In this document: piece by piece, positions 47,032-61,443 of the stretch
How positions within the stretch are numbered: the first letter of the stretch is position 1
Layout: every line of letters starts with the position of its first letter
Source of the DNA: Podarcis pityusensis
Taxonomy: Eukaryota
DNA length: 64,000 nt
Direction: 5' to 3' (one strand)
NCBI GenBank assembly: GCA_964106645.2
Contig: OZ067043.1
Made by a program: the position numbers and the translations under genes
The notes under the pieces: model-generated
Seen by the model: the letters and a program-made list of their open reading frames with translations, nothing else
Told to the model about the DNA's origin: nothing
The model's database searches: none

Positions 47032-50000
47032 AACCACTCCTAATAGGTTTAACAAAAAAACAGTTATTAAGAGCAATAGGTTATAGCTTATTAGAAATAA
47101 GGTGGGTGTTCCCACAATACACACAGTAATAATAATATTTATCAAGAGAGCACACGGCAGCTAAATGCTCTGTGTAGGCCAAGGAAATAGACACATTCTT
47201 GCCCATATTCTAAAGCAGAAAAAAAAAAGCACACGATGGGAAGGGAGTAGGGGGAGTTGAAAATGGAAAACTGAGCCAAGACATTTGGGGAGGGGTCGGC
47301 AGGGAGAGAAGATAGGAGAGAAACAAGAGATGCATTTTTTAAAAGGTGGATACTGATGTTATTAACGTGCTACATAATATTGTATGATCAGGACAGCATA
47401 CTTTTGAACTAATGCACTATTTTCAATACTGTACTGGCATTCTCTTAATTCTTTAATCCATACAGTTCATGTACCTCACTGGATTATATCCTACTAACGC
47501 ATAATGACTGGAAAACACTTTTCCTTTGCTTCTCGGGTTAGTCGGAACTATGTGTTCAAAACAGTGCAGGACTGTTAATTTCTGGTATTTGTGTCTTCGT
47601 GTTTCTCTTGTGGCAAATATTGGAACATGGTTTTCGAAGGTCTGTGATAGCCTTTAAATCCTTTGCCTCTGTAGCCAGCATGAAAGACGAGTCACAAAGG
47701 CAGTTGCAATATGATTAAGATAAAATAAAAGGAGTGGTAATGGCCTACAGCTCTAAATCAAATATATATTAATTTAATAAGTAAATCAGTAAAAATAGCA
47801 CTGCCAGTCATCAGCTAGAGGGACTGTCAATTGATTGATACCTGAGAACAGAACAATTGTTTTTAGTTTCCAATAATATTCAGACTTCAGCTTTTTGAGT
47901 TGTTGAATGAACAACTTAAATTATCGGTTTTCACTTCTGAATGTTTTAGAAGCCACAGCACAGGGAATGAAATTTCAAGGAAGCTGCACTAATTTTCTGG
48001 GATTTGCAAAAGAAATTTAGAAAATACTGATATATTCACCCTTAAAACATTATATCTTTTTAAAAAAAATCTCTTAATATTTTGCTTTACATTTGTACCT
48101 AGAGGAAGGGTGTATGAGGCTGTTGTATTTGAGCTGGACCTGCTGAATATTATTGAAGCTGGGGGGGGGGGGCATAAAACTGAAAGTATGTTTTCTTTAT
48201 GATTACACAGCTTTGGAGGGAGCTGGCACAAGAGCTGAAGCAAACTGAAAATAAATATGAGGTTTTTGCAAGTAAAATATACCGTATATCAAGTTTTCAT
48301 ATGTCAAAGTTTTTAAACTTAACCTGATTTTAAAATCATGTTTACTGAGAAAGTACTTGAGGGTTGTGTTTAAAATTCAAGTTTTGTACAGTATTGTCTA
48401 CTGTCTATAGTCAGATTTGCCTGGTACATATATTATATAGGTTGGTGCTTTCATATTATTTCAGCACTATCTACCACACAGGTTCCCCCTCTGATTTTCT
48501 TCTTCTTCTCTTTTCAATGTTTCATACATATTGTAAGGATCCATAAGGTATCTAAAAGTTCTGAGGGGTAAACTGAGCCATTCTTGTTTCAATCTACAGT
48601 ATACATCTTTAGAACTATATAAGTAACCGGAGTAGAACTTGGCAATATTGAAACACCTACAGTTACATTTGCCTCAAATCCTTAAAAAATCAGTTCCTCC
48701 CAATCCCTTGCTGTTCTGTTGTTTTCCAGATATTATCCACACCCAACATAACACTCTGTGTGTGCCTATAGCTTTGCATTAAAAAAACCCCAAATAGACA
48801 TTTATTTATCAAATTTTTATTATCTTTACAAAATGAGTAATTTCCCAATATTTGCACTGTAATTCAATTGGCTAAAAGGAAGAAAATTCAAACAAGCCCT
48901 CAGATGTCTAGTATTTCAACATCTTCTTGGTGTGTTTAATATATGGCAGTCACTATTGATGGAGAAGTACCATTTAGGAAAGAGGAGAACAGCATTTCAC
49001 CTTGGGATTTCAGAAGACATGCAGTTATCTGCCAGTTTCAGCCCTTCCTCCAGCCAGCTTACATATTTTGTGCGTGCAGGGCAATACAAAATGTTTTAAC
49101 TGTTGCAGTGGTTTTATGTCAAAAGGGATCGGGGTCATTTTTCCAGATTTGTTTGCACAGATGTTTCAAGATGCATGCATTCAAGTGTATTGCTTCCAGA
49201 TTTGACATATTTGCTGTGGGAGACACTAGAGTAACACCATTGTTTGCTGCAATTGTAATGCTTTGCGCTGACCCTGCCTGGCTATTGTCATCCATGAAAT
49301 GGCCCTGTGGTTCTAGGCAGGCCTGTCAAATACATTAAAAAATGTCTTTGTTTCCAAAGGTGCTGGTTTCTCCTCTGTTAGCAATACTTATTTCATATTA
49401 TCCTATCTTTTCACTGCAAGGGCAACAAAAGGGCTTACAAAAAAAATTTAAAAATAATTGGCAAAGATCTTTAAGGGCGATATTTAAAAATAGAGAAGAA
49501 TTCTAAAACGATTAAAGGTCTAGAGGGAAAGCAAGGTTTTCACATAGAATCTAGATGCTAACTGTGTTGGTGTTTAACCAGCTTGTTCTGGGGAGATCTC
49601 CACAAGCAGGGAACCTCCACACAACCCTTCCCAGCTAAGATTGTGACTTCTGTCCAGCATTAAACCAACAGGAAACAATTGCAGCAGGTATTCTTAAAAC
49701 ACTTTTAAGTTTTCACAGTTTAGCTTTGAAGCTATATCCAAAAGCGGGTCTTTGGATCTTGTTGAAAATAACCCCTGCAGTTAAACTGAAGCATCGTCTC
49801 CATTTTGCACCCTTTCAAACTGGAAGGGCACCTCTGCATTCTCATCAATTTGCCGCTGATAAACACTATATGTGTTGTAATCAGTTTAGCTCATTCAAAT
49901 TTCTAATCACAGTCACTCTTTTAATGCAGTTTGATTTATTTACCTTATGGCCATAAGAGCATCATCATAATTGTTTGGTTCCAGTCAATGAAACAAATCC

Positions 50001-53000
50001 TAATGTAGCAAGGAAAATGCACTGTTGGTTGCAAGACTGAGGAGGTTGGTGGTGTCCTTGTCCATTTTTGTCTGATTTCTCAATTGCAATGCTAAGCTGG
50101 GAGGGGGGATCCCTCCCTGAGCCCCCAGATCATTTTACATGAGAAACCAAAACTCCTAAGCATCTTGATTCTTCAGTTGTAGCGGGAGAACAAATTATGC
50201 ACCGCTCTGTATTTTCTCTTCTGTCTGCAGCAAAACAACACTGAGCAAATCCCAACATATAGTATAAAATTATATGCTTACTTTCATTGTAAGTGCTGTT
50301 TACCTGCCTTAATTGTGGGTGGCATAGCAAAGGCAGAGTTGTTATGTGCTACTTCTAATATTTCATTTGGTAGCTCATATTTTGTAATTGCATTATACAT
50401 TTTTTAAAAAAAATAATAAAAATAAAAATCTACCGGTCGTGAAAATGATCTTTCCCCCTGAAAACTGATACTTCTGCTGACATGCAAGTAGATGTTCACT
50501 TAATCAGACAAGACAGCAGGGGTAATTTTGAAACTTAAAACTCTACAGCCCCGACAGTTTAATAAGAGTCCCAAGGACTAAAGCACTAGGAGCTTCAACT
50601 GCTGTGCTGGAAGTTACTGGCTGATAATCCAAAGCAAACTAGCATTCCAGGAACACATACATTGCACTAATGGACAATTCCAAGTTGGTACATCTGCTTC
50701 AGTTGGATTTCTCCTACTGTGAAGTAGATATTACATGTGTGGCCTGTAACAAAATGTTGCCATGTGAAGTGCTTCCATTCCTTTCCCTTCTCTCACCCAG
50801 ATTTCTACACATACTGTACACAAATACACCTAGACAAGCAGCATTCTGTGGTCACTGAGGACACTCAACTCTCACTGGGCTGTTTTTTTGGGAGGGATTC
50901 CCCTTGGGGTCCCCCACCACCATATGTTTTTTTGTAATTTTGCAAACATCAGGGTTCCCTTGCTCCTGCTACTCTTGCACATGAATGGTACCTTTTTGGC
51001 TACATAAGCAATGGCACTCACAACTGAGCATCAGAGATAGGGAGAATGAAGCTGCATCAATGTAACCCCAACATAAATCCCACTTTCTTTTAAATGAATG
51101 CAAACCTCTGTCTGGATATTCAAGAGCAGTTTTATAAACTGCAACTAGGGTTACTGAGAAAAGGAAAAGTGTGGCTTGGTCATTTGAAGCAGATTTCATG
51201 ATTACTTTTCAGGCAAAAGATCAAGAGGGATTCTGAAGGTAGCTGAAAGAGTTTCAGTTGGTGAAATTTCTCTACGCAGTTCTACATATCCTGATTATAT
51301 CATATGTGGCGTGTTGTCTTGTTTGACAAAAAGAGTGCTCAGTGTATCGGGTTTTTGCATGTGCTTTGCAGAAATGTAGTCCTACCCTAAAGAATCTCAG
51401 TGATCACGGCCAGCATGGAAGAGGCCTCTTTCAGAGAGTTTTCAACAATGCCATAAGGATTTTGCCTGCAACACAGGGGACAATGTTAGGTAGGGCAACC
51501 CAACACCCCCGCCTGTGTTTCAGACTAGATTTAGTGTCTATCTTTCTGGCCAGCTTCACTGAATTAACACATCAAATCGCATATGCAGGCACACAGAGTA
51601 TATGCAAGCATGCCAAATCCATAAACCCTTTGTTTCATAAATTAAAGGGTGACTCTTTGACCTGTGTTGATAACATTGCTATGGCTGTGGTATCTATATA
51701 TAGATACAGATAAAAACAAAACCGCAACAAATGCTCTTGAAGCATACTGCTTTTTGCAATCTAATTTTGAATATTTCCAAATGTAAGCCTTGATAGCTTG
51801 CCGAGAATCTTGTCTCTGCCTCCGCACTCTCAGCAATGAAATCTGAAATGGCACTCCTGGGATATTCTCCTTCCTTGATTGGTGATTTAGCACCAGATCA
51901 GAAGGTTGGGAGAAGTTCAGCCATACAGTATGTCATGTAAACCCTGGATAAGCAATTCTGATCACCCCCAAAAAGCCCACTAGATACATCCTATTGGAGT
52001 TCTGTTTATATCCAGCTGTTATGATACTATCCTATATATTTATAGATACACCTCTTCCATTCCAGAGGAACACGTAGTTTCTTTTTGGCAGAAACATTCT
52101 AGGGTCACTGTCTTTTATTGTCAGGCATATCGTCGTTTAAGAAAAATTGCCTTCCTCCCAGGTTTTTCTTTAAGCATTTAAATGATCTTAACTGTTCACC
52201 TATTCCATCTGTAAGTGGCTACATAAACTGGTATCTCTTCCTGTAGCATGGAGTCTAACACATGGACAACAAAAAGTGAATTCTGTGAGACCTTATGTGG
52301 CTAAGAGACTTCTGTTGCAAGGCTGGAAGGGCAAACATCCACTGTGTTTTACTCAGTGGCCCTGCCCTTTCTACATTCAAATGCATAACTTATAAGCACC
52401 AGACTGGTTTAGATACCACTTTCTGTTATATTTGTAAAGTATTGTTTAAGAAAACAAAATGGTGTCTCAGAAGCCTTTTATGAGTCTTTCCCTTAATCTT
52501 TCCCTTGGCGTTTGCAATCAACCGATCTACTGAAATTACTGGAAATGTATTTTTCTTTGTTATAATGACTGACGCTGACTAGGTAAGAATATTTACCAAT
52601 AACGCAAACAGAGATTTAAGAAAATGTCCCAGCTACTACTAAATATTTAATGTGAGAAATTAGTTGCCATAGAAGAGCTAATATGGTGTGGAATAGCATA
52701 CCTAATTGAATTACAAAAATATCACGCAACCTTTGAAACCAGCTTCCAAAATTAGAAAAAACAAACAAGCATGTTTTTCTCATTTATTGAAATGAACAGG
52801 TGGCTTTTTTGTTTGTTTGATACATTTGTACCAAAATTACTCCAAAGAAGGTTATGATCAAACATCCAAACATGTCTAGCTTCCTCTTAGTTCTGCTGCC
52901 ATTGGGAGAGGAAATTCTTTTCATAGCACACTATCACTTTGTATTCACTTTATATACATTTACTAAATAGTTATGCCTAAATGAACTGAATGAGAGGAAA

Positions 53001-55510
53001 AAGAACAAATAGCCAGCTTTTCTTTATTTAATTCATTTTGTGCGTGTTTTAAAATATTTCTTATTATGGGATGAGTGACTGCCACTTTATTTTTAGATCA
53101 GACTATTCATGTAGGTTAGATTATTTTTTCTCTCTTGCTCAATGTGCATCCTTCAAGGGAAAAATCAGCTCATGTAATTATCTTAAGCATGCTGCTTTCT
53201 GACACTAGGGGTCATTTAAGCTTACACTCCTGCTGTGCAATACTAAACATTCAGAGAATACAAAATGTCCTAGAATACAGCTGTACTAGGAAAACCATTT
53301 TCTTGGGTCTTGACCGCCAATTTTCTATTAATATGTCTGTAAATTGATCCCATTGCACTATAGAGAGTTTCTGCCTACGATGCATTTGTGAAAGTACTGG
53401 CAAAGTTGTCATATGTAACCTAAATCTGCTGGCAAAAATCAGAATCTCTTTGTAAATGAAATTCATTCTTCTTCATCTTTTCTTCTTGTTTTATTTCCCT
53501 TGGAATTAAGTTAGATGATCATATATTGATCATATATTGAAACAGTTACCCATTATACATTTGGATACCTCTAAATGGTGAGGGTTGTCCCCAATGGTGG
53601 TCCTACTCCAAGTAGACCAGTTGAAATAAATGTGCAGGACTCACTTAGGCACATTAATTTCAATGTGTCTGTTCTGAGTATGGCTTAGCTGGAGACAGCC
53701 CTTACATTCCAGTTCAGTGGTGAGTGATAAAAGGGAAATTTATTTCAAAGAAGGGCATGTATTTTATAACCATGGCTAGCTTTTCAAATTATTTCAGGCT
53801 TCAGCTGAGACTTGTGCTTAGATCTGCCATTTCCATTCTCACAATTTTCCTTCTCTTATGCAGCAAGAAAGTCCCACTGAGCACAAGATTTGAAGCTAAA
53901 CTGCAGGTTGATCAGTGTTTTTTGTTTTGTTTTTTAATTTTCAGTTTATTATGAATAGTCTGTCCTTTAAAATAAAACCCCACTATGTGTTTCTCACACT
54001 TCTTCCCTCTACAGTAATAACAGATAAACTGTTATTATCTCAGTTGTCGGCTTGGTTGGAATATTATTGAGTGAACACATACGTATGCATATCATTGCAT
54101 ACAATTATTGGAATGGGAGGCTAAATTTCTACTTGTAGTTTACAGATAATATCTGATTATATATACTTCCACTTGTGTTATAAGTACACATATGCACACA
54201 CATACGTACCTACATGCACACACACACACACACACACACACTATTTACCTTGGGACTCATACAGCCATAACTCTCCAACAAAAGATCTATACAAGCAGCT
54301 GTATAAGACACTGAACACAGATCTTCAGTTAAATGACAAGAAATAGCACCATCCTCAAATCATTTGTATAGGAATTATCAAATTACAGCAGATTTTTTGT
54401 TTTTTGAATCTATGCAAACCATAGATTAAGAAGGTTATAGCTAGCTAAATTCTACTCTGAGTAAACCCACTGAAAGTAATGAACTTAAATTAGCTGTGTT
54501 CATTGATTTCAGTGAAGCTACTCTGAACAATTAGCATTGGGTACCACCTAGAATTTTAAAAGGCAAATGGCATTCAGAGCATGAAGCCATTCATCAGCCT
54601 ATGATCCGAACATTTTGTTATCTGCATGTAAAGTTATATTTGAAGCTTTGTCATCTGTAGAATTATCCTTCAAAAAGCATTTCTACAAAATTTTGAAGTT
54701 AGGTGAGTTGTGCGGCTGGGATATATTTAGGGCACAAATATTATCTTACAAGAATTATAAAATTTCAAATTTGCTTTCATGTCAGGGCTTCAGAAAATGG
54801 ATATGTGTGCATTACAATTGTCCTACTGAGCTAGTGTCCTGTCTGCTGAAGTCCACGGCATCGTATAAGGAAACAAAGGAACACCAAGGAATGATCTTCA
54901 GCTGTGCAGGACAGGAAGTCTTCAGGACAGGAAGTCCACGTCCGCCTCCAGACTGGTGGCTTTACGTGATTGTATTCTGCAGCATGCTACTGATGCAATA
55001 GCAGTATGTTAGGGGTGGATTCATCCTAGACATAACACACATCATTCCAGTTGATTGCTTGTTCTGTGATGGCTCCCTCAACGTCGTTGCAATATTGCTC
55101 TTTGGAGGGGCACTCTTACACTATTCTGCAACAAATTAACCAAGACATATGTACTACAAAAAGTTACAAGATTTTGGCAGGCATTATGTGGCCTGCACTT
55201 AGTAGAAACAAAGCAGTAATATCCACCCAAAACACGTTGCAGGAGCAGCGTTAAAAGCAAGATTGTGTACAATCGCCCCAATACCAAAATAATCATGGAT
55301 GCAGAAAAGAAATTAAAGGATTCTATAATGCAGTTCTAGTTTAAGATACTGTGTTTAATCCCTACTTTATTAAGTAAGGTAACGGAAGCATGAAAATGAT
55401 TGATCTTGTTGCTGATTTTGTTTAACTTAAGGCTCAGTTCTAAACACATTTGCTTGGAAGTAGGTTCCTTTGAAGTAACTTAAATTCCCCATTAAGAATA
55501 TTTGGGTGAA

Positions 55511-57645
55511 GGACTTCTGGGTTGGTGCCTCCAGGCAATGGCGGAGTTCCTCCGATCGGGAGGAATTTGCTCCACGGAAATTAGGGTCTGACCGCCACGG
55601 CGAAGGCGGAGACCCACTGAAATCACAGGCGGGAGAAACCTGTGAACTTGGGATTCGGCTGGCACCCTTTGCGCCTCCCCTACTCGCGGGGAAACCCTGA
55701 TTTGGGGATCCGGAGCGAAGTGGGGTGAGTGGCGGGGTGCTTCGAATTGACTGCTTCTTTCACGGAGTGAAGCCGCATCGCTGTTGCCGGAGAGCGCTGA
55801 CTTTTTCCTGTGGACAATTGGATTTTAAACAACTACCCGTGAGTAGAACGGAAAATTAGATCCTTAAATTCATTAATTTGGTATCGAAATGGGAAGGTTC
55901 TAAACAGGAAGTCCGCCTTCCTTTTTTGTAAACAGATTGAAGCAAAGAAGTTGCAAGTTAAAGCCTTGGAAAGTTTATTTTTGTAAAGGATTAAATCTCC
56001 ATCGGTTAAAACTATTAAACCCCCCTTGGAAGCAGGAGAAGAGGGGGGAAATTTTGGACCTAGTGAGCCTGCAGGAGAGAGTGAAAAACCAAATTACCAC
56101 TGCTCCAAACCTGGAAACGGGCTGCCAGAAAGAGTGATGTTTTTTGACAGCTAGCAATAAGAGAAATATATTGTTTCCATTGTACGCATCTGCATTTAAA
56201 AAGTAGGAAAAGAAACTATCTTTATAGTTTAAACTGTGTTTGAAAGGATTGATACAAGTGGAGACTGTTTCCCCCTAGAGGGAGCTTTTGAAACAGTTAC
56301 AAGAGTGGAGCTGGGGTTTTTCCAGTTGCAAGATAAGAACTGTGTGAAATAGAGATCGACCTTGGACTTTAAGAATGTTGACAGAAGGAGCCTTAGTGAC
56401 TGTATTATGTAAGATAAGCTATTCGTTGGAACAGCTCCACAAGAAGACGGACGCTATGAATACTAAACTTGAGAACTTGGGACAAAAAGTGACTAATTTG
56501 GAACAAAAAGTGACCATTAATACAGAAATTGTTCAGGATTTGACACAGGAACCTACCTTGACAGGACAAACTGGGGAGAAGACGAAGGAGAATGTTGGTG
56601 TTGTTAAACCTAAAATAACACAAGTGGAAGCCCCAGTTTTACAGAGGCAAACTGAGGACTATAAGTGGAGGCCTTTTATGAATGAATATAGAAAAAGTCA
56701 GAATTTGAAGACTGGAGCCCTGTTTGGATTGAAGAATGAAGGTCGGATGGACTCTTTCATGCAGAGATTTACTGACCTTTGGGTCCTGAATCTGGGTCAG
56801 GAGGTGATTGGAGTTGTGGGAGCCTTTGGATCTGGGGGAGCCTTGAAACATGATTTGAGATATTGTATGGACACTGGTTTTAGCTGTGGAGAGTTGGTTG
56901 GTCTGTCGAGAGGGAATGGGGGCATGGTTGGGTCGGGGCCCCCCCCAAGACCTGCGCTTCAGCACCCTCAGCATCAAAGAATATGAAGAAAAACTGCAGA
57001 AGGGACTTGGAAAAGATTTAAGAGCCTTGGACAGAAGATCTCCAGGTTGATGAACTATATGGAATGGACGGAAATGACTGGCAGAATCCGAGACCAGGGA
57101 GAAGAGATGGTGGTAGAAGATTGAGAAACTTTAAAGTTTATATACAGAAATATTGTAAATTTAATGAGTGTTAGAAAATTGTTGGAATGAAATTTTATGG
57201 CTTTAGCAGAAATGTTATAAGGAGCTAGGTATAAATAAGTATTTCGGTATTAATGGAAAATAAGGTACAAAATATGTTATGATATTCATAATGATAAAAA
57301 TAGAGAAAGATGGAAAGGAATTGCTGAAACAAGTAATAGAAGTGGAATACAAAAAGGGAGGTGAGAGGAGGTCGATGAAATAAGGGAACGAAAGATAGAG
57401 TAATGAAATGGTATGATATATGTTTTTAAATTGTTGTTCTTTTGTTTTGTTTAGTTTAGTGTGTTAAGGTTGTGTTTTGTATTGTTTATTGTATTGTATT
57501 GTACTGTTTTTTCTTTTCTTTTCTTTCTCTTCTTTTTTTCCTTCTCTGCTCTATTTTGTTTTTTTCTTTCGCCTATTTGCTTCTTTCTTCTTTTTTTGTA
57601 AGTTTTACAAGCAATAAAGATTATTTTTTAAAATATATATAAAAA
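55511..57645 (+). mobile_element. Internally deleted L1-derived non-autonomous retroelement (~2.1 kb)
   Basis: CpG-rich 5'UTR starting GGACTTC; coiled-coil ORF 56375-56986; ORF2 C-terminus-like remnant ~57047-57160; AATAAA plus A-rich tail; 17-bp TSD AAGAATATTTGGGTGAA (55494-55510, 57646-57662) at a TT|AAGA site. Confidence 0.8.
56375..56986 (+). CDS. L1 ORF1-like coiled-coil protein remnant (203 aa)
   Basis: Heptad repeats (LEQLHKKTDAMNTKLENLGQKVTNLEQKV) in the ORF1 position of the element; coding status uncertain. Confidence 0.45.
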   Translation: MLTEGALVTVLCKISYSLEQLHKKTDAMNTKLENLGQKVTNLEQKVTINTEIVQDLTQEPTLTGQTGEKTKENVGVVKPKITQVEAPVLQRQTEDYKWRPFMNEYRKSQNLKTGALFGLKNEGRMDSFMQRFTDLWVLNLGQEVIGVVGAFGSGGALKHDLRYCMDTGFSCGELVGLSRGNGGMVGSGPPPRPALQHPQHQRI

Positions 57646-58171
57646 AAGAATATTTGGGTGAAGGTGCAAGACTCCATCCTCTTAATTCTATGAGAGCCTC
57701 CAAGCCAACTTCATGTAAGTAAAACAGGGCAGTTCTTTGGAATGGAAGCGCCAGATGGTGCATGGGAGTGTATCGGGGCCTACCGAAATAAAATGGAAGC
57801 ATGGGTTCCGACATACTTATCGAATAAATGCCAGAAATTTCTGAAACCTCTGATTCATATATTCATTTGTGCACTTATTTTCTGAAATGTATTTCCTGGG
57901 GAAGCAACTCATGGTACCATTCTTGTATGTAGATCTGACACGCATCCCAGTTTTGCCATTCACCTTGTGCAGGTCTCACCTGTCTTTACCCAGTGAGTTA
58001 TGAAAACAGAACCTACAGCTGGTAGCCTGGCCTCGGCATAGTGCCTTCCTCACAAGTAAACTTATGATTTACAGAACTATAATAAAATTATGATATTGTG
58101 AAGAATGAAACTGGTCACCTGCATTAAGTTTTGATAATGTTGTCACAGCTGGTCAGAAACACAATACAGAA

Positions 58172-58276
58172 TGTTTAGGGAAGTTTTTAATGTTTGATCT
58201 TTTATAGTGCTTTTTATATTCCATTGGGAGCTGCCCAGAGTGGCTGGGGAAACCCAGCCAGATGGGAGGGGTATAA

Positions 58277-58315
<39 letters not shown>
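58172..58315 (+). mobile_element. L2-type LINE/SINE 3' tail with (TTA)n
   Basis: GCTGCCCAGAGTGGCTGGGGAAACCCAGCCAGATGGG...TATAAA followed by (TTA)n at 58278-58315. Confidence 0.55.
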
Positions 58316-58317
<2 letters not shown>

Positions 58318-59725
58318 AGAATGACAGCTGGGTTGGACAGGACAGGATCTTGAAATATATGCAATTGGCAGTGGAAATTAAAACATAAACAGATTCATCC
58401 CAGTGGTAATATGGATTGGTATTCAGAATTATGAACATCTTATGAAAACAAATATGAAACTATAGAAACCGTCCAAGTTGCACAATGAAAACCATCCAAC
58501 TTGCATAGACTCATCCTGCCCATTTTACGCTCTGGTTTTAAATATACTTATTGGTGTACAAGTTGAAGTTGTGTTTAAGACAGTTATGGATGAATTGTAT
58601 CACTCTGTCCACCAGTTCATTGAACTAATAATACTAAGCATTATAGCAGATGTATATATGATCAGCCAAAGTCAAGCACTTGTAAATCCTAACGCTTAAC
58701 CTGGGCAGTACCACACCTGCTTTATTGAATGTTAATAGTTTAATATTAAGATAATAGTTTCTCTTGATAATATAACTCAGATTAATAAATTATTGCTTGA
58801 AAATTATTTATTCCGAATCAGCAGAATCCAGAGGTGTACACCAGTTGTCAAAACTGGACGTCAGTATATAATGCCCTTTTGAGAAGTGACATTTTAAAGT
58901 AGAAACAGATTTAGCACCCATATTTTAATGTACCCTTAATCAGCTTATGCATGTTGCAGAAACCATGACAATATAATGAACTGCAATAAAACGTCAGCCA
59001 GCGGTACACAATGTCAAGGTGGGTGCTGCAACTTTCTGCAACCATCTAATTTATGCTTCACTTTCTACCCACCCTCTATTCCCAATAGCAATATTTGCAT
59101 AATTATGAGTGCAAAATTCATGGTAGCCAAGGCTTTGCAGCAAGCCTCTCCCTCCCCTAATCCCCATTTCGATGTAATTTTTAAAGGATTCAATATCATA
59201 GGGTATTCTTTTTCAGTATTTTTTTTTTGGGGGGGGAGGTAAATCTCCATACAACATGTCTGGGATGAAACTAAAAAGAATCAGAGTGGAAGATATAGGA
59301 GTATACCATATTGGGGGGGGGGGCGGCATTTGAAATAACTTACAAACAGCAATAGCTTCACAACAACCTCTCCTCCTCCCCCCACCCTCTCCAAATAATA
59401 ACAATTTACCAAATTGTTGGGAAGTTGTTATAATTCCTTTCTCAAATTATTACTCGCCCTTTAGATTAGAAATGAGGCCAGGCTTAGCAATCAGCCATAA
59501 ATGGTAGGATTTCTAAAGTAGGAGCACTTGTCTGATTGTGAAGTGGAGGCCATTATTGCCTTGATTGGGTCTTTTTTTTTTTCCCCTCGAAGCTTGCTTG
59601 ATTTGTAGTTGAGAGACACTACTCGCTACTGCTCTAGAAGCAATCAAAGCTTTCTCCGCTCATTTCTGCTCAGCGATTTGGGGTCCACTACTTTGGCACA
59701 GCTGCCACCTTTTAGCCTCCATCAG

Positions 59726-59728
<3 letters not shown>

Positions 59729-59767
<39 letters not shown>
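59729..59767. repeat. (TA)n microsatellite
   Basis: Read directly. Confidence 0.95.
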
Positions 59768-59771
<4 letters not shown>

Positions 59772-61217
59772 CTGTAAGTGTAAAGTTTAAATGCCAAGCA
59801 TTGGAACTGTAGCAGATTTCCTCCAAATTATCCGATGTTACGTTGCTGAATTTGCATCACCGAGAAGTTTTTAGACCATCATCTAGGGATGCACTTTTTT
59901 TTTCCATATCACGAAACACAGAAGTCTTGGGATCAGCTTAGGTATGTGAATCCATTGAATGTGGTGACTCCATACTGCAAGCAGGTGGGTGGGTCAGTGG
60001 TCATGCGCGTGCTTTTTGGCAGGTTAGTGAGTGGGTTGTTGGGTTTTAATCACTTGTTCATAGTGAATAGTTTTCTAGGTGCATCACTGGACAAAAGTTG
60101 GGATATTTTTAGTCAGTTCCCTTGTAAAAGGCTTGCAGTGACCATCTGTGCTCCTGCTGGAGCAAAGTACTGCTATGCCATGAGCAACAGAGATAGTGCC
60201 AACTCCCTCCCTAAGGTGCCATACGGTTGTGTGTATTCACTCCAATTACGCTCTTCAGTTGGATGATATGGGGCAGATTCTTCATACATCTTTAAAACAC
60301 ACACACACCCCCCTAAGCACCACAGATTGACACTCAATAGTTTAACTAGTAGCAATAAAAGCCAAAAAAGTTTTTGGAACATTTCTCCTTAAATTCCTCC
60401 TCAGGTGTTTCAGCGAGAATTTCAGATTTATTTTTTTAAACTTTCCTGATTCTTTTCTAGTGAGGCAACATAAATCTAGTAGATTTTAAGATGAAAATGT
60501 ATACACCTAAAGGACTTTACAGACAATTCTTACCATAGCTAGCAAAGGCTCTTGAATCCACAGACCACTTTTGAGATGGAAAACCATTTAAATTGCAGCT
60601 GCAGTCATGGAAATGCCTACATTGTTCTGTATTCTCATTGCTTTGAAAGTAGCTGGCAATTTATTTTTTATTTCAAATTTGGCACAAAGTGGATTTACAA
60701 TCTGGGTCTCTGAATGCTAAGCAGTTTGAAACAAGCTTCCTTGGTTTCATCAGAGACCTTAAAGATTATCAGTTCAGAGTTGAATTGCTATCAAAACTGA
60801 TTATAATGGTGTAACTTGAAACAAACTAATAATACTGAATCTTAATCATGCAATACTCTTATTATACTAGTAATAACACTGCAGTTGTTCAAAATATAAG
60901 AACCAGTATTAATATTTATAGATAAAATGATGAGTACTGGAACCTAACCTTTGGATAAATATATCTAATGCAACTTTAAATAGTACAATTGTGTTTCCCC
61001 CTTTCCTGTTACACAGATAGCTATCACATCCAGTAAATTAATCCAGATTTATCAACACGGGGTCTGAATGACAAACCATTTTCAGGACTTTCCACACCTT
61101 TTCTTTGCCAGATGCCGTGTGTAGATACAGCACAAACCCACACCTGTCCAAGGACAAACACTGGCTTTTCCCTCAGCATCTAACAACTGAGAACAAGATA
61201 AGCACACTTACTTACTA

Positions 61218-61443
61218 CAATGGTACCTCGGGTTAAGAACTTAATTCATTCCGGAGGTCCGTTCTTAACCTGAAACTGTTCTTAACCTGAGGTACCACTT
61301 TAGCTAATGGGGCCTCACGCTGCCGCCGCACCGCTGCAGTGCAATTTTTGTTCTCATCCTGAAGCAAAGTTCTTAACCCGAGGTACTATTTCTGGGTTAG
61401 CAGAGTCTGTAACCTGAAGCATCTGTAACCCGAGGTACCACTG
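61218..61443. mobile_element. Tc1/mariner (Tigger-like) MITE
   Basis: TA-CAATGGTACCTCGGGTTA...TAACCCGAGGTACCACTG-TA. Confidence 0.85.
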
